Positions 10,476 to 24,800 of a DNA stretch of 64,000 nucleotides are shown here, piece by piece. Source of the stretch: Azolla caroliniana (taxonomy: Eukaryota; Plantae; Polypodiophyta); the NCBI GenBank assembly GCA_043228905.1, contig JBHGNT010000002.1, forward strand, positions 1,488,001 through 1,552,000. Reading direction: 5' to 3'. Position 1 is the first letter of the stretch; each line of letters begins with the position of its first letter. The translations under genes and the position numbers were made by a program. The notes beneath the pieces were generated by a model. That model did not search any database. It was not told the origin of the DNA and saw only the letters and a program-made list of their open reading frames with translations.

Positions 10476-13400
10476 TATATATAGAGTCATTTCCTTAGCT
10501 CGCTTAGGGAAAGGATATATGGCTAATCATTTACTTTCACATGATGGTTTTGGAAGTCTTTTGGTTTCCTTTCTATCTAATTTGTATGTTGTATCCGTTT
10601 GGCTATTCTTAATTAATGGAAGGATATTCTTTCTAGAGAGAAAAGAAGAAAAAGGAATAAAGTGAAAGAAAATTAGTCGAAATAAGAAGTTTTTCATTGT
10701 GCATTCCACAAAAATGAGTGAAAAAACATTCATCGAAAGACACGATAAGTTTGTCAAAACATCTGGTGTTAGTTGCTCGTGGAATGCCAAAAGGAATACC
10801 TTTTGGGTCATTCTCATTAGAAAAAAACAATGCATCATTTTCTTGGAACATTGTTATAATATGTGTTTTGCATTCATTATGAATATCAATTATGTTTTCT
10901 TTGTTTTTGTTTCTTTAGATTGAGTGACAAGTCCACAAAACCGAATTGTTGTCATCATCAACAACGGTGAAAGGAATCAATTGGAAATCTTATGGGAATG
11001 TTATGACCAAGAGTGTCTAGCTAACATTCTTTTCTTAGTTTCACTTACAAATCCAGACCAAATGTGATGTCTCAATACCAAATCAAAAGGTTTGAATGTC
11101 TTCATAACATCAAATCAGAAGCGTCCATAGATTTTAGGATCCAAAGTTATGTGTATAAGATAAACGAAACTTGAAAACTATGTTTGATTCTCAAGGTCCT
11201 TCAAATATGAAACAAGTATCCCTAGAGTTCCACATGCATATTTTTTATCCTACGACATGCATAAAGAAATTGTTTCTTCCATGTAATGATGTGTCACATA
11301 TATGTCTCAACACAAATATTGCAATATGTTGTCTAGGCATGATTATCCTCCTCATAATTGAAGTGCAAACAATTATTAAAAATTTTAAGATGAGCAGATT
11401 GATACATAGTTGACATTATTGTTGTCTTTGTGTTTTCAAAATGTTATGATGCAAATAGTTATAGTTTTAAACTTTATCTATAGTTTGACTATTCCAACTA
11501 GTTTAGCCTTATTGAAGAAGAGTCTTCTATAGGGGTTGAAATTTTGCTTGCATTGAATATTTCAATGGTTTTTCAATCAAATGCCTTTTTTTAACAAAGA
11601 CAATAAGTGCCAGAAAGGTCTCATTTCATAAGGTTTGAGTGAGTGCAAATAACACGCAAGGCCCATTGCTACTAAAATAACGGGTATTGATAAGGAACTT
11701 GGGGTATTTATATTGATTATTAGCATGACTAAAAGTATTCGATCTTGTTATTGGGATAAGATGTAGCCTTAGACTATGTTCATGTGTTGCTTCAATACAA
11801 AATTTTGGGATTAATGAATGTTGCCAATCTACTAGAAAAAGAATCTTAGGATAGGGCAATCTGGAAAGGTTGACATTCATCCATTGCTTTAGTAGATAAT
11901 TAATTTGTAGTAGCACTGTATCTGGAAATCATTAATTAGTATTGCTTTGCAATAGCGTATCAAAGAACGTACCTTTACAAAAAACATGGGGGTCGTTGAT
12001 TCGTTATAGTTACGTAGCTCATAGTACTTGGGTTTTATATTGAAGGTAATGTCAAGGTCCCAATTTCCAAAGCAAAAGCTATCCCACCATGGGATTATAC
12101 AATCACAAACTAATGTAAGCTTTCTATACTACCCACAAACATAAATTTCAAAACTCATATTGCGAGTATGTGAATGTGGATCAAGTTAAAACATGATGCC
12201 CTTCTTTATAAGGACATAAAGTTGTATTGCAATTAATTAGAAACCCAAATTTGTTGAGCTTTTGGTAGCACTAGACAATGTGGTTAATTTTTTCATTAGA
12301 AGGCAACAATCTCTATTTTTTTACTTTTATTTTGACTATCCATAAAATGTGGCTTATATATAGAGACCAATTGTTGTCTCTCTTTTTAATTTTTATTTAG
12401 GGTTTCTTATTTTCATACCTCATGCAAGCATATAATACGTGACATTGACCTCTTTGGAGACATTACAACACTTCTTAAAGTCCAATGTCACCCATTATTT
12501 GCTTGCATCAGGAATGAAAACAAGACACCCTAAAAAAATAAAAACAATGAAAACTACATTGGCCATGTTGATCCACCCCAAAGCTATCGGAGACTCCTCA
12601 CCTCAATTGTGGTGCTTGAGGCATCTCACCTCGAGCTTCCCATGTCTTTGAGTGATGAACCTTGTATGTTTTTGAAGTGGGCATCTCATTTTTTCCCAAG
12701 TAGGCTTGGGTGTCACCTAACCCCAATTTCTTCATCTCCCTCCAAAGTGATATCACTCTTTACAATGTGATCTCACGGTTTCCATGGGAAATTGATTGAG
12801 ATCTATGGGGTAGGGTCAAGCTCATGGCGAGGATCAAACCTGGGTTCTTTCAATTTTATGAATTTCAAACTATAGTAAGTGGGATATGGGGGATACTTAT
12901 GTTAAAGTAAAAGGTCCTATGTTGTTGGAATGGGCATGGGAGTGCCCTAGCCTAGTTAAAGTCAATGACGAACCCTTGAAACTCGATGAGATAGAAACTT
13001 GAACACTGTCAACACTCGAATTGCATGACCTAATGCTTTAATCTCAGCTCCTTTATGAACAAATAATGGTATAATAATTTCCTATCTTAGTGTGTCGTAC
13101 ATGTCCTAATGTAATGGAAACTCAATTTCAATTTCACATAGAGAGAGACCAGTAGTCCACTTCTCTTGCTTACTGGTCTCTCTTTTTGAGTTTATGTGAA
13201 GAGGTACATATGTGTCCAACGGCCACATATTCTTCATGTTCAAGATGGGTTTCTATATATCTTGGACAAACAATGGGACAATTGGCAATGAGTTGGAGAA
13301 AGTGAACCTAGTAATGGGTTTTCATTCCATGGGGATTTGGGGGAGCTATAACATATATCTATGAGCATTGACATTCTTTAATTCCATGTGCACTCATGCA

Positions 13401-14912
13401 TTCTCCTAATCATACACCATTTTCATGAGAGATGAAATTGCAACTTTTAAATTTGTGGTTTCAAGTTTGGTGCACGACCACAAAGAACCTCTATATAACA
13501 AAGAGCATATTCATTTGATTGTGGGTTAATTACAAATTGGCCCAAATTATCAAAATAATTAGCAACAAATTATACATTGTATGTGCCCACAATATGCCAA
13601 GATCCAATTTTTATATGTAGAAGAAATGAATAAATAAAAATTAAAAAGATACCATTCTTAGTGTAAACAAAGTTCTGATTCCTATGTGATCGGCTGTAGA
13701 AGAAATAAATTCTTTCCAACTACTTTGATATACAGTATATTTAACCTTCAACCTCTTGTGAGTGGTAAGACCAATGGTGCCTCAACATATTTGTAGGATT
13801 GCAAATATCGAGCGTAATCCTCGTCATCACACTTGTACTTTGTAATGCATATCAAGTTTTCAATTTGGATAACCAATCAATCAAGTGACAATATATCCAT
13901 GCCGGCTCATTTTCCATTGTCTTCCACAGATATATTCAAAAAGCCATCAATGCAACAATGCAAGGTTCAAACTTCACACATCACTTTCTCTAATGATGTT
14001 GGCACACTACAACAATAAATTAATTCTATTCCAACAGGGTATGCCAAATACTTTCTTTAGAACAAACAAGTTGCATCAATACTATTCAACATGTCAAGTT
14101 GCACGATTGTAGATCCAAGAAAGATCTTTCATTTTTTGGACAAAAAAGAAAGATCTTTCTGAGTCAAAGTTGAGTTTGTTGTCAAATTGAGTACTATATC
14201 TTTATGATTGATCTCATTAGCAATGTACTTTGTGTATGTCTATGAAATTGATTTTACTGTCAATTTAGTAAATACCCAAGGATAATTCGAAGGTTCTCTC
14301 TAAATTATGTTCCTTTAAAACACATCGTGTTATCTCCACACAACAAAGTTGTGTGCCACTAGCGCAGGATATTTCCAAGTAATGATTGAGGTTAATGGTG
14401 GATTAACAAGCTGTGATAATAATGATGATGATGATGATTCTAAGCCATCTGATTGCAATATATAAAGTAGAAATTGAATACTAGCATTGAAAATATTAAT
14501 GATATTAGTAATATTAACAATGATGACAATTTGGATCAAGTCTATAATGGTTTAATCAATGATGCCGGGTCATTTAATGTACATGATCCTTATACATGAT
14601 CCTCATATTCACATTAGCATGGTCTATTGTCTAATGTATTGACACAGCATACATATCAGAAGTAAGTTTGGAATCCTCATCATTCTCATTCTCATAAATA
14701 TGGTAAATAGAATGACCAATATGAGTATGCTTAGACTAGTAGAGGCTATTAGCCATGATTGTGTGAGCCATGTCCCTGGTGTGAGCATGAAGACTATATA
14801 AACAAGAAGATGAGGAAGTGGGTCGCCACATTCGCCTTCCATCACAGAGTGGTCATGTACATGTTGGGTCGAAGAAGCAGAGGAAGAAGATGCCTCCACG
14901 AATACAACAACT

Positions 14913-16524
14913 TCACTCGAAAGTCATTGGGGAAAGAAAACAAAACCTCCAAGGCTTAACAATGCAAATGATTTGAAGTTAGATATCGAAACATGATCTT
15001 ATCCCTATGGGATATATTTGGTGTTTTGCTCCACACAATTAACACCCAACATTACAAAAAAAAAAGGGGGGAAGAATGTTCATCACTTACAGAGGATGAT
15101 GATTTCCGACGATGAGGATTGGCATGCCGTAGCAAATCTGCCAAGGTCAATCTCTGCTTCATGATTTGGGATGCTTCTTGTGAGGGGAAAGTCCATCCTT
15201 TCTCCATAAGGTTTTGCTCATGTGTAACGGAAAACTGTTTTGGCAATCTTCTGCCTAACTTCTTCTCTCGAGCTCTCTCAAAAACATGTGTATATGATTC
15301 TTCGGTCGATGAATTAGGCGTTTCTCGATCCCATGTACCAAACTCAGGAACCAGTGCATGTGATTTCTACAAAAAGAACAAGTTCAAAAATGGAAGATTG
15401 GTAACCCACTTAGATAGTTAAGAACACACATCAAAGTAACACAAAAACCAAAAAAATGAGTTAAATTACACATATCAAAATGATATAAAAGAATATTAAA
15501 GGGATAGTTGAAGATAGCCAAGTTACATACATCAGGAACCTTATGCTTTGTCCCCTTCTTTGGTGCACACTGCATTTCATCCTCATCGTATTCATCCGTG
15601 TCACTAGATTTCACATGCATATCCTCTTTTTGATGCCCTTCATATTGCACTTCTTCTGAATTTCCTGTATCAAACTCCACCTCGGTGTTATGCAGCGCAT
15701 GATGTATTCGTGGAGCATTGCTAGTATCACGAAATTCCGCCTTACTGTTATACAATATTTTATGCCGAATTTGTGATAAGTTATCGGCATCCAATTCCAG
15801 TACCTTTGAAGCATTGATGTTGGATTCCACCTTGGTGCTGTGCAATTGATTCGTCATTTGTGATAAGCTATCAAGATCTGATTCCAGCCTCCATTTATGC
15901 TGCATCTGCAATAAGCTATCCCCGTCGAATCCCACCTCAGTGTTGTGTAATTGATGCTTCGTTTGCGATAAGCTATCGGAATCGAACTCCGCCTCTATGC
16001 TGTGTAATTGAAGCTTCATTTGTGATAAGTTATTGGAATCAAGTTTCATCTCTACATTATGTAGGTCATGATTTGAGCTTCCAATGGAATTAAAACCAAG
16101 TGATTCAATGGAGGAATTGCTGGAGGTATTGTAGCCCAACCGACTAAAATGGACAGTATCATGAAATTTATGTTGCAAAAGCTCCTCTTCAGTACTAGTG
16201 TATTTGGGTCTTGCAGTGGAGAGAGGAAAAGATGAGATATATTCATAATCTTTACGGTTGTAGGCTCGGGTTGAGATTGGTGATTGTGGATTATATCTTT
16301 GAGGTGAAGGTGGAGGTTTTCCTTGTAGCTACACTAACACAAAAAACAAAACCAAAACAAACAGAATGTTGGTAAATACTAGTCTGTTAATCATAGAAAT
16401 ACAGAGAACATGGACATCAAAAACTCTCTCACACACACACACTCATAGTCATATATTTTTTCTCATATTCATAAAAATTTAGAGCCCCCAAGTCCAATCC
16501 TTGCCATGGGCGGCTCACAGCCAT
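14913..16524 (-). CDS. RIN4/NOI-family protein (AvrRpt2 cleavage-site domain) with internal 19-aa repeats; ~373 aa; exons 16524-16519, 16328-15531, 15366-15091, 14954-14913
   Basis: Exon 3 encodes VPEFGTWD...SYTHVFERAREKK (PxFGxW and YTxxF motifs). The last exon encodes PWRFCFLSPMTFE*. All modelled introns are GT-AG, phase 0. The 6-nt first exon ATGGCT|GTGAGC is the least certain part. Confidence 0.8.
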
Positions 16525-17269
16525 CCCTCAGATCATATCTGGTCTGCAGAGAAAGTTCATAATCTAGCTATCTATCTACCTCTCTCTCATTGAGATTTAG
16601 GCTTATGATGAGTGAGCCTGTACACCTAAAGATGTGGGACGGTAATCCCAACACATTGTTTTAACAGCTATACACAGACAAATTGCTCCAACAAGCCAAG
16701 AACGAGAAACTATAGGTGGAAGTTAAGGTTCATCCTTGGGATTGCCAGATAAATCCAAAATGGGTATAGGGGGTTGATTCAGGTTTAGTAGAAAACCTAC
16801 AACAGCAACAGTTTATATACTGAAACACTTAATAACATCTGAATGTGTTCCCCTGCATGCATTACAATGAGCTACAGAAAGAAAGCGCAGCCATGATCTA
16901 GGTTGAGGACCAGGAAATCTATTGTATGTGGGAAGGGAAATCGCCATTCCATAACCATAATATATGTATGCAGACCTCATTAGCGAGTTTCAGGCACATC
17001 TTCTGCATACACGGAGAACACATGAAAGAGATTGGCAGCATTAAAGAGATCAGGAACTCACCGTCATGTAGCAGCAAACAGAGACTAACAGGACAAAAGC
17101 TCCCTGCAATCTCCAGATAATTGTAAAGCTCTGTTTCTTTGGAAACAGAGAGAATGAGGGAGAAGAATCTCTGAAAGGAGTACTTTGTGATTCTGGAAAA
17201 GAGAGAGAGAGAGAGAGTACTTATGTTCTTCGAAACTGCACACACACATATGTATATATATGAATGGAT

Positions 17270-17400
17270 GAATGTATGTATGTATGTATGTATGTATGTA
17301 TGTATGTATGTATGTATGTATGTATGTATGTATGTATGTATGTATGTATGTATGTGTGTGTGTATGTGTGTATGTGTGTGTGTGTGTGTACGTGTGTGTA
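17270..17400. repeat. (TATG)n/(TG)n compound microsatellite
   Basis: About 20 TATG units followed by TG runs, upstream of the NOI gene. Confidence 0.95.
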
Positions 17401-20400
17401 TCTATGTATGATGTATCTATATATGTATTGTATATACGAACATATATGGGTGTATGTATCTACATATGTATGTATGTATGTATGTTGAAGCTAGGTAGGT
17501 AGGGGATAATGACCCTAATTTGAATGTTATGCATATATGTATGAATTGTGTGTGTGAATGTATGTGATGTATGTATGATTTGGTCAAACATTGGGAGAGG
17601 GTTCATGTGATCCCATGGAACAAGACACATCAATATATGAGAGTCATTAAGCAACTTGGCAGGCCATCACAACCAATATCCCTTTCTCCTCTTAAGAAAT
17701 CCACAAACATGACCGACCCGCTCAAATTCATGGGAAATGCATTTCATCCTCACGGTCATATATTCTACGAGTGTCGCATTTTCTGTTTGTCTTTCTTAAT
17801 CAGAATCGCCACCACCGTTGCTAAGTTGAAGCTTTTTTATTTGATGAGTTAGAACTTAGGACTAGCTAGCTCTCTAATTATTAATATATCCCATAGCAAA
17901 TCGTAAGTAAATCTTGTCGTGAATGAAAACCCACTTCCTTCTTGTTCTAAATTCATTTTTGTGACCTCATACAAAGGTTTTTGTTGTATAATCTTACATT
18001 TTCATGCGAATGGAAGTATTACTTTTATTGTTTTCTAAACCATGCACACGCTAACATTACGTGTACATAAACCCCCTGGGCCCTTATAATAGACGCACAC
18101 ACACACACTTATATGGCCTTTCACATTTTTTTATCTCTCCTAAAAGCTCAAAAGGGTGGCCTTGAGGCATCCACATCACTAGTGATCCCTCATCATCCTT
18201 CAAACTTTCACATTCATTACGTGCTAATAAGTTCCAAATGAGATCACAACCCCCATCAAAAACTTTTTTGGAATGTATATTATTCAGTGAAACTTAGGCA
18301 GAAACTTTTCATGTTTCTACCTGTAATTTGTTCCTATAGAGTGGGCTCAATTTTCAATCGCCTTTATAGAGAATGAAGGATGTTTACACTAGACATTGCT
18401 ATCAATTGTTGATTCCAAGTTTCTCTTGTTGTAAACAGAGCAAGCATATGCTCCATGCTTATGTGTACGATATAAAATAAACTCGAAAATTTTATTTATT
18501 TTCAAGGCATCCAAATGTCAAACAAACATAGTATTCCTCCACTTCAAGTTGCAAAATTTTGTCCAATTACGTGTGTAAGGAAACCGTGTTCTCCCATGTG
18601 ATTATGTGTCATAACATGAAGAAGAAGAATAATGATTGTTATTCACAAAAAGGGGCACATTTGTTAGCATTGACATTACAACCCATGTCGTTTAGGGATG
18701 TTTATCCCCCTCATAATTTAAGAGGACGATATTTTTTGGTTTTTTACCATGAATGGATTTTAGGTTGACTTTGTCAATCACATTCTATTCTTCAAATTTC
18801 AAGAATGTCATGCAAACATCGTGGTTTTGAAGCTTATCTCCATGCTTTGAATATTTCCACTTAGCAAAATCTTATTGAAGAAGTGTGTCGTATATAGGAT
18901 GTCAAGAGTCAAGACAGTTTGTATGTTGAACATTCAGTGCTTGTTCACCAAACAACTTTTACTTCAACAAAGTCAATTAATGCTGAAAAGGTTCCCTGCT
19001 CATAAGATCCAAGTGAGACACGGAAGGCTTGCAAGTCTCACTACTACTAAAATAATGGATATTTATAACCACATTGTAGTTTTCGTATTGATTGTCAACA
19101 TTGGTAAAAAAAGTCTACGACTCCCACTTTAGGAGTGATCCATTGTTTCATACATCTGAAATTTGGAATTTTTGTTTGGGATCAGATTTATTTGGAATAC
19201 TAGTTGAACTATGTTTGCAATGCATTCACACCATATTCATGCGTTCTAGTAGAAAACGAGTGTATTGACCAACATTGCTCTACTAGAAGAAATAATAGAT
19301 TAATTTTGTTAGGATAGCACTATCATAGAGCGTTGACATCCATGTATTGCTTTAGAATAATGTAATTATCAATGTATCGTTACAAGAAAAACAAGTCATA
19401 ACATTGTTTAGATAGCATTGGTAGACATCAGTTAGGTTTTATGAAAAGTGTGATGGTAGACCCATTGCTCAAATTTTCAACCCACATTGTCAAGCTTGAA
19501 AAGTGTTAGCTTTCCCAACACACCATCATGTTTTAACAAACTTTTTTATTTATTTAAAACTTGTTATTTGTGTGAAAACAAATTACAATGGTAACCACAA
19601 AATACCAATTATGTACAAATCCCTAGCTAGCATTGTCAAAAATCAATTCCTCCACTATTACTTTTGAGAGGCATTAGAGACGTGCTAGGGAAATTGAAAA
19701 GTGTTTAGCTTAATGAGATGCAAAGGAAGGAATGAGAACCTCTATCCCTACGAAAGTCAAATCTTCATCAATACGATTCAAAAGAACATTTTGCTTGTCC
19801 CTCACTCTTAGATAGAGGCTTCACCTAGGTTGGGGTTTTGTTAGAAGTCTAATCCAACAACCCTAAGTATTTCAATGAGAGGTCGATGGGAATTTGGTGA
19901 CTAATTCTACAAAAGCCCCATACAATATTGATAAGGTTCCCTTTTGATAAATGGTAACCATGCCTCCAAAACCCTTACATTTCAGTATTTTCAGATTTCT
20001 CCTCTTTTTTCAAAGTTTTCACAACTAGCCGTCATTAATGAAATGCTACCACAATTTAACATAAAACATTATGATATTTCATGAAGAATGTAATATTGTA
20101 TGAATTTAAAATTGATGCTTTCACACATATATATTCGCTCTAGTTCATTGTGGGGATTTTTGTAGCACTAAACAATGTAGCTAATATTGTTAGCAAAAAC
20201 AATAATCTCTATTGTCTTTTCTTTTTTATGTAGTTCATTTTCTTAGTGAAAACAAGTTTTTCTACTTTATTGTCTTTTAATTTAAACATTCATGTAATGA
20301 TTTCACGTTTTGCTTCTACTTTGAATGTCTAGGATATGCTCTTTCAAATAGTGAAACTATACATGTAAAAATAAGTAGTTTACCATCTCTGAAGTTGTCA

Positions 20401-20809
20401 ACATAGTTTATCTCACAAATTGAAGCCAAAACAACCATTGAATTAAAAAAAAAGAATATATGAAAATGGACTCCATTTAGACAAGAAGAGCAAGATTGTC
20501 TACTTGATGGTAACATTGGTAAGTGAACTTTGTTGTGTAATTGGAATTATTAAAAAAATCACACACTAGTAGCCCTAACCCGAAGTGCAAGGCCCAAATT
20601 GTAGCAATGGATTCAAGCAATAGAATGACATCAATGATGACGATTGCATATCTTACTTGCAATCAAAGACAAAGGAGGACATGAGCTTGAATAGATTGAT
20701 GTGAAGATTGCACTTACACATCAATATAAAGGAGAAGGTATATATGGAGTGACTTGTTAGGGTTTCGTAATTGGACAAGGAGGAGATAGTATGTTGATGG
20801 AATAAAAGG

Positions 20810-21498
20810 TTATGTGATCTGAAGCAAGCTCCCCCAAACGCCAACTGATTTATTCCAGTTTATTTTAGCACCCAATACCCTACAAAACTCATTTATTGCA
20901 CTTTGTAGTCTGTCCAAGTTGTTTGCATCCTCCTTAACGTAAGTTGTTGTATCATCAACATATTCTGTATCAAGCATCATTCTTGCATCCTCGGGTAGGG
21001 GAAGGCCTTGTATTTGCCAATATCTATCAACAATCTGATAATGTAAATCTTTTGCTGCAGTAATGAATAGGTTCGGGGCCAATGGGCATCCTTGACGTAC
21101 CGATCGTGTCATCCTAAAGCTCGTCCCCAAGCGTCTAGTCATTAAAACCTGGCTGGAAGCATCCCTGTAAAAGGCAACCGTTCCAAGGATCCATTGTTGG
21201 TTGAAGCCTAGGGCATCCATCACTACTTCTAGGAATTCCCATGAGATCTTGTCGTATGCTTTTTCGAAGTCGAGTACCATTACTGCTAGGTCCACTTCTT
21301 GCTCCTCCGCCCATGCTGAATACTCCCAAAAAGTTATCACATTGTCAACAATGCTTCGGTTTTCTAGGAAGCAAAAATGCATTGTATCTATAATGTCCCC
21401 TTGTACCGTTTTCAATTGACTACTTACAACTTTAGCCATGATCTTATAGGCATTAGTTAGAATCGTCAATGGTTGCTAATTATCAAGTATTGTCGGAT
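20810..21498 (-). mobile_element. LINE (L1-type) reverse transcriptase fragment
   Basis: DPTILDN*QPLTILTNAYKIMAK, LDFEKAYDKISW, SVRQGCPLAP, EYVDDTT, GAKINWNKS. Confidence 0.9.
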
Positions 21499-21599
21499 CT
21501 TTTTTTTAAACAAAATATCCTTTCATTAGTTTAAAAAAAGGCACATCAGCTACAATGCTATGTTTTCCTTAGAGATTGTGCAACTATTGAAGCCAATCT

Positions 21600-23420
21600 A
21601 TCCCACAACACCTCCATCCATCACAAAATCTAATTTCATTTTTGTATGTACAAGCAATTCTCCCATGTTGCCACATGCTTTCAATATACCAAAAAATGTC
21701 ATCATATAAGGTAAGAGGAAGCCACAAGCATTTGAGGATAAAATTGCATTGCATCCTCGTTCTTATCATGCTCAGTATAACCGAATAACATGGTAGTCCA
21801 TTGTACCATATCTCCAACCAACAATAAATCATCAAAGCTTTTGGGCTTCAATTATTGCTCAGCAAATGCAAGCATTAACAACGTTGTAGTGACTGTTGAT
21901 GTTGATTTGAAGGGCTTGAATAATCCAAAATGCATTAAACAATAGGTTGGTTGGTGGCTCATAGGTTTCACATCCATTGTTTAGCCCACCCGAACTGAAA
22001 GATCATTGAATGTTTTTTGGGTTTTATCAAGCTCGCCACATTTAGCATACATGTCCATGAAAGCATTCCAAAGCTTGATATTGTCTTCCAACAATCTCGT
22101 ACTCACAATTTCATTGTGAATTTCTATGCCGTTATCAGCCACCACTACACTGCCATAGGCCTTTAGCAAACATACAAGGGTGTTTGCATCCAGAGAAAAA
22201 CCATCATTTTGCATTTGTTCAAAAGGATTCCATGCTTCCTAGCCAAATCTATGTTGGGAATATCCTGAAATTAGTGCATTCCAAGAAGCCACAACCTGAA
22301 CCGACAGCCCCTTGAGCACTTTTTGTACTTTTCCTACTTCACCACATTTGACATACATATCCATCAAAGCAGTATCTAGTTTCTGAACTTTACTGATCAA
22401 TCTTTCACTTACAATTTCACAGTGAATTTGCTCACCTCTATGTAAATCCCCTATGCTTGAAGAAGCCTTTGATATGCAAATAGAGGTGATTGTATTTGGC
22501 AAGAAGTGATTCCGCTACATCCTCTTGAAATAAGTTTTAGCTTTGCTTCCTTCCCCTCGTGGAACATATCCAAAGATCAAAACATTCCACAGACACAAAG
22601 CTCATCAAACACTTCCTGCAGTTTTTTCTAGCTCACCACATTTTGCATACATATCCACCAACACATTGCCGAGCTCGACATGCTTGTTTAAGCATTTCAT
22701 ATGGATAATCTCATGGTGGATTTGTTTCCCCCTATCTATTCCACATGCCTTCAAGATGCAAGTGAAAGTGATGCCTATATGTTTGAAACACTTCAATGCA
22801 CCTTCATTGTGGCCATGTTGAGCATATCTTGAGATCAATGAATTCCATGAGACCAAATCTTGAATAGGAAGTTCATCAAACACCAACTAAGCTTTTTCCA
22901 AATCATCACATTTGGCATACATGTCAACAAAAGTATTATCAAGCATAACATTCTCTTCCAATAAACTTTTACATCAAGATGCCAATAAACATATACAATA
23001 TCTGCCTATAGTCTTCGTACTTTCTCAATGTCTCCTAATTAAAATGTACATCTTGTTGTTGGTTGACTGGTTTTAGAGACAAATTGCACTTTGTATTTCG
23101 GATTGGATGTATGAGATTCCATGAATTTTCAGCTTGATGTATCCCACTGTATAGTAACACATCTTTGCCCTTCAGTAAGGCTATTTATGAAAACATTGCC
23201 TTTGGCTGATAGTAGTTCGATTACTGCAGTAGCATCTTAAAAAATGTCACATTTAGCATATGCATCAACTAGAATCGCCACAAGACATAGATCTGAATCA
23301 AACTCCCTTTCAATGATCTCATTATGGATTTCTTGCCCTCTTCTAATAGCTTTTAGGCTTATGCATGCCTTCAAGGTAAAAATATAGGTCACAAAATTCG
23401 GCATAGTCCCTTTCAACTAC
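21600..23420 (-). pseudogene. PLS-class pentatricopeptide repeat (PPR) pseudogene
   Basis: Repeated PLS motifs (LVDMYAKCG, VSWNSLISRYAQHG, TFTCILKACG, GEQIHCEI, PNFVTYIFTLKAC) scattered over several frames with stops. Confidence 0.88.
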
Positions 23421-23489
23421 TCTTAGACTGCTATAGACCTATGTATGTCCCAAAGCATAAATAATAATAGTTATACATTGACACATGCC

Positions 23490-24800
23490 TCATGTCGGTG
23501 GAGAAAATACCCATAGTGGTGGTTGATACCTCCAACGTATACCACCATTAACCATGCAGAATACCTTCATCCTTTTCCATCTCTTCTTAAGAACCTCTTG
23601 CTTTCAAAAGGCTCCACTTGGATCACCTTTGATAGCATCATATTCTCCTTTTAGTGTATGCAGTAAGGTCATCCAAATCTCCTTGACTACATCCACAACA
23701 TTCCATTGAATTTGCTGAAATATCCTTCGACATGTACTAGTCCACAAAACCCCCAAACCACGTCATTTTGGATTGAATTAATAGGCATATATGGCGACAC
23801 TTCCTCAACATATTGACCTCTTGTATATAATGCAAAGTTAACATTTTTTTTTCATAATCTTGTACCTCACCCTTAATATTAGCCCACATAATTACCCCCC
23901 ATTTATATATTCTAGAGCCATAAACCTCATGCAAGCGACGTAAAAATCTTTTCCAAACCAATTTGGCAGCCATACATGACCATCCTTGGGAATTAAATAA
24001 ATCATTCCTCTACACATTGTTTGAGGCATTAAACATTCTGCCATAATGTATTGCATCCCTTCCAACATGTCATCCTTAATTAGATCCCAATATTTGATGT
24101 AAAAATATATAGGGAGTCCATCAATGCCTACACAACTTTGTTTGTTCATATTTGAAATTGCATCCCACAATTCCTGCATACATATAGGGGTATTTAGTCG
24201 GTCCATCATCTGAGCAATAGCTCTCTTTGATATCCTGTTTATTATATTTCTAAAGGCATCCTGATCAATCTATTCCTCGTTGCATACATTCAGTAGTTGC
24301 ATATAATAGCTCGAGGCCATTTCAAGCATTTCCTCCTTGCACATGGCCATTGTGCCATCTGTCTTTTTCAAACATGAAGGTTGAGTCCCAGAGCCTCTGC
24401 ATTTTACAACTTCAAAAAAACCTTTCGTAACACGGTCTCCTACCCTCATCCAACTGGCTGCTTTACTTCGATAGGCATTGGCAGTCCTTAGTTTCCGATA
24501 CATATCTAGTTTGCATTTTGCCTCCTCTAATCGGGCCTCAATCCATACGTTATTCGGGTATTGTTCTCTTAGTCGCTGGATAGAAGCAAGTGTCCATTGC
24601 ATTCTCTGTAGTTTCTCCCTAATCTCTTTTCTACTTTTAGTTGTTTTCTTCCGAAAGAAGCATGCACATTCCTCAATTTTCCCAGCCCGCCTATGAGTAG
24701 GATCATGATACATCCATTTGACATTAGACCATAATCTTCTTATATCATTGAATGACATGCTAATCGTTGAAAGTGAATGGAGCACATTGGGATCTAAAGT
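23490..24800 (-). mobile_element. LINE ORF2 remnant with internal deletion of the RT domain
   Basis: SKAASWMRVGDRVTKGFF, SCVGIDGLPIYFY and GMIYLIPKDG, followed by a jump to C-terminal AKLVWKRF...IWMTLLHTLKGEYD...IRWRYQPPLWVFSPPT*. Confidence 0.8.

Noticed and set aside
17187-17502. ORFs encoding MYVC repeats
   Set aside because: Translations of the (TATG)n microsatellite.
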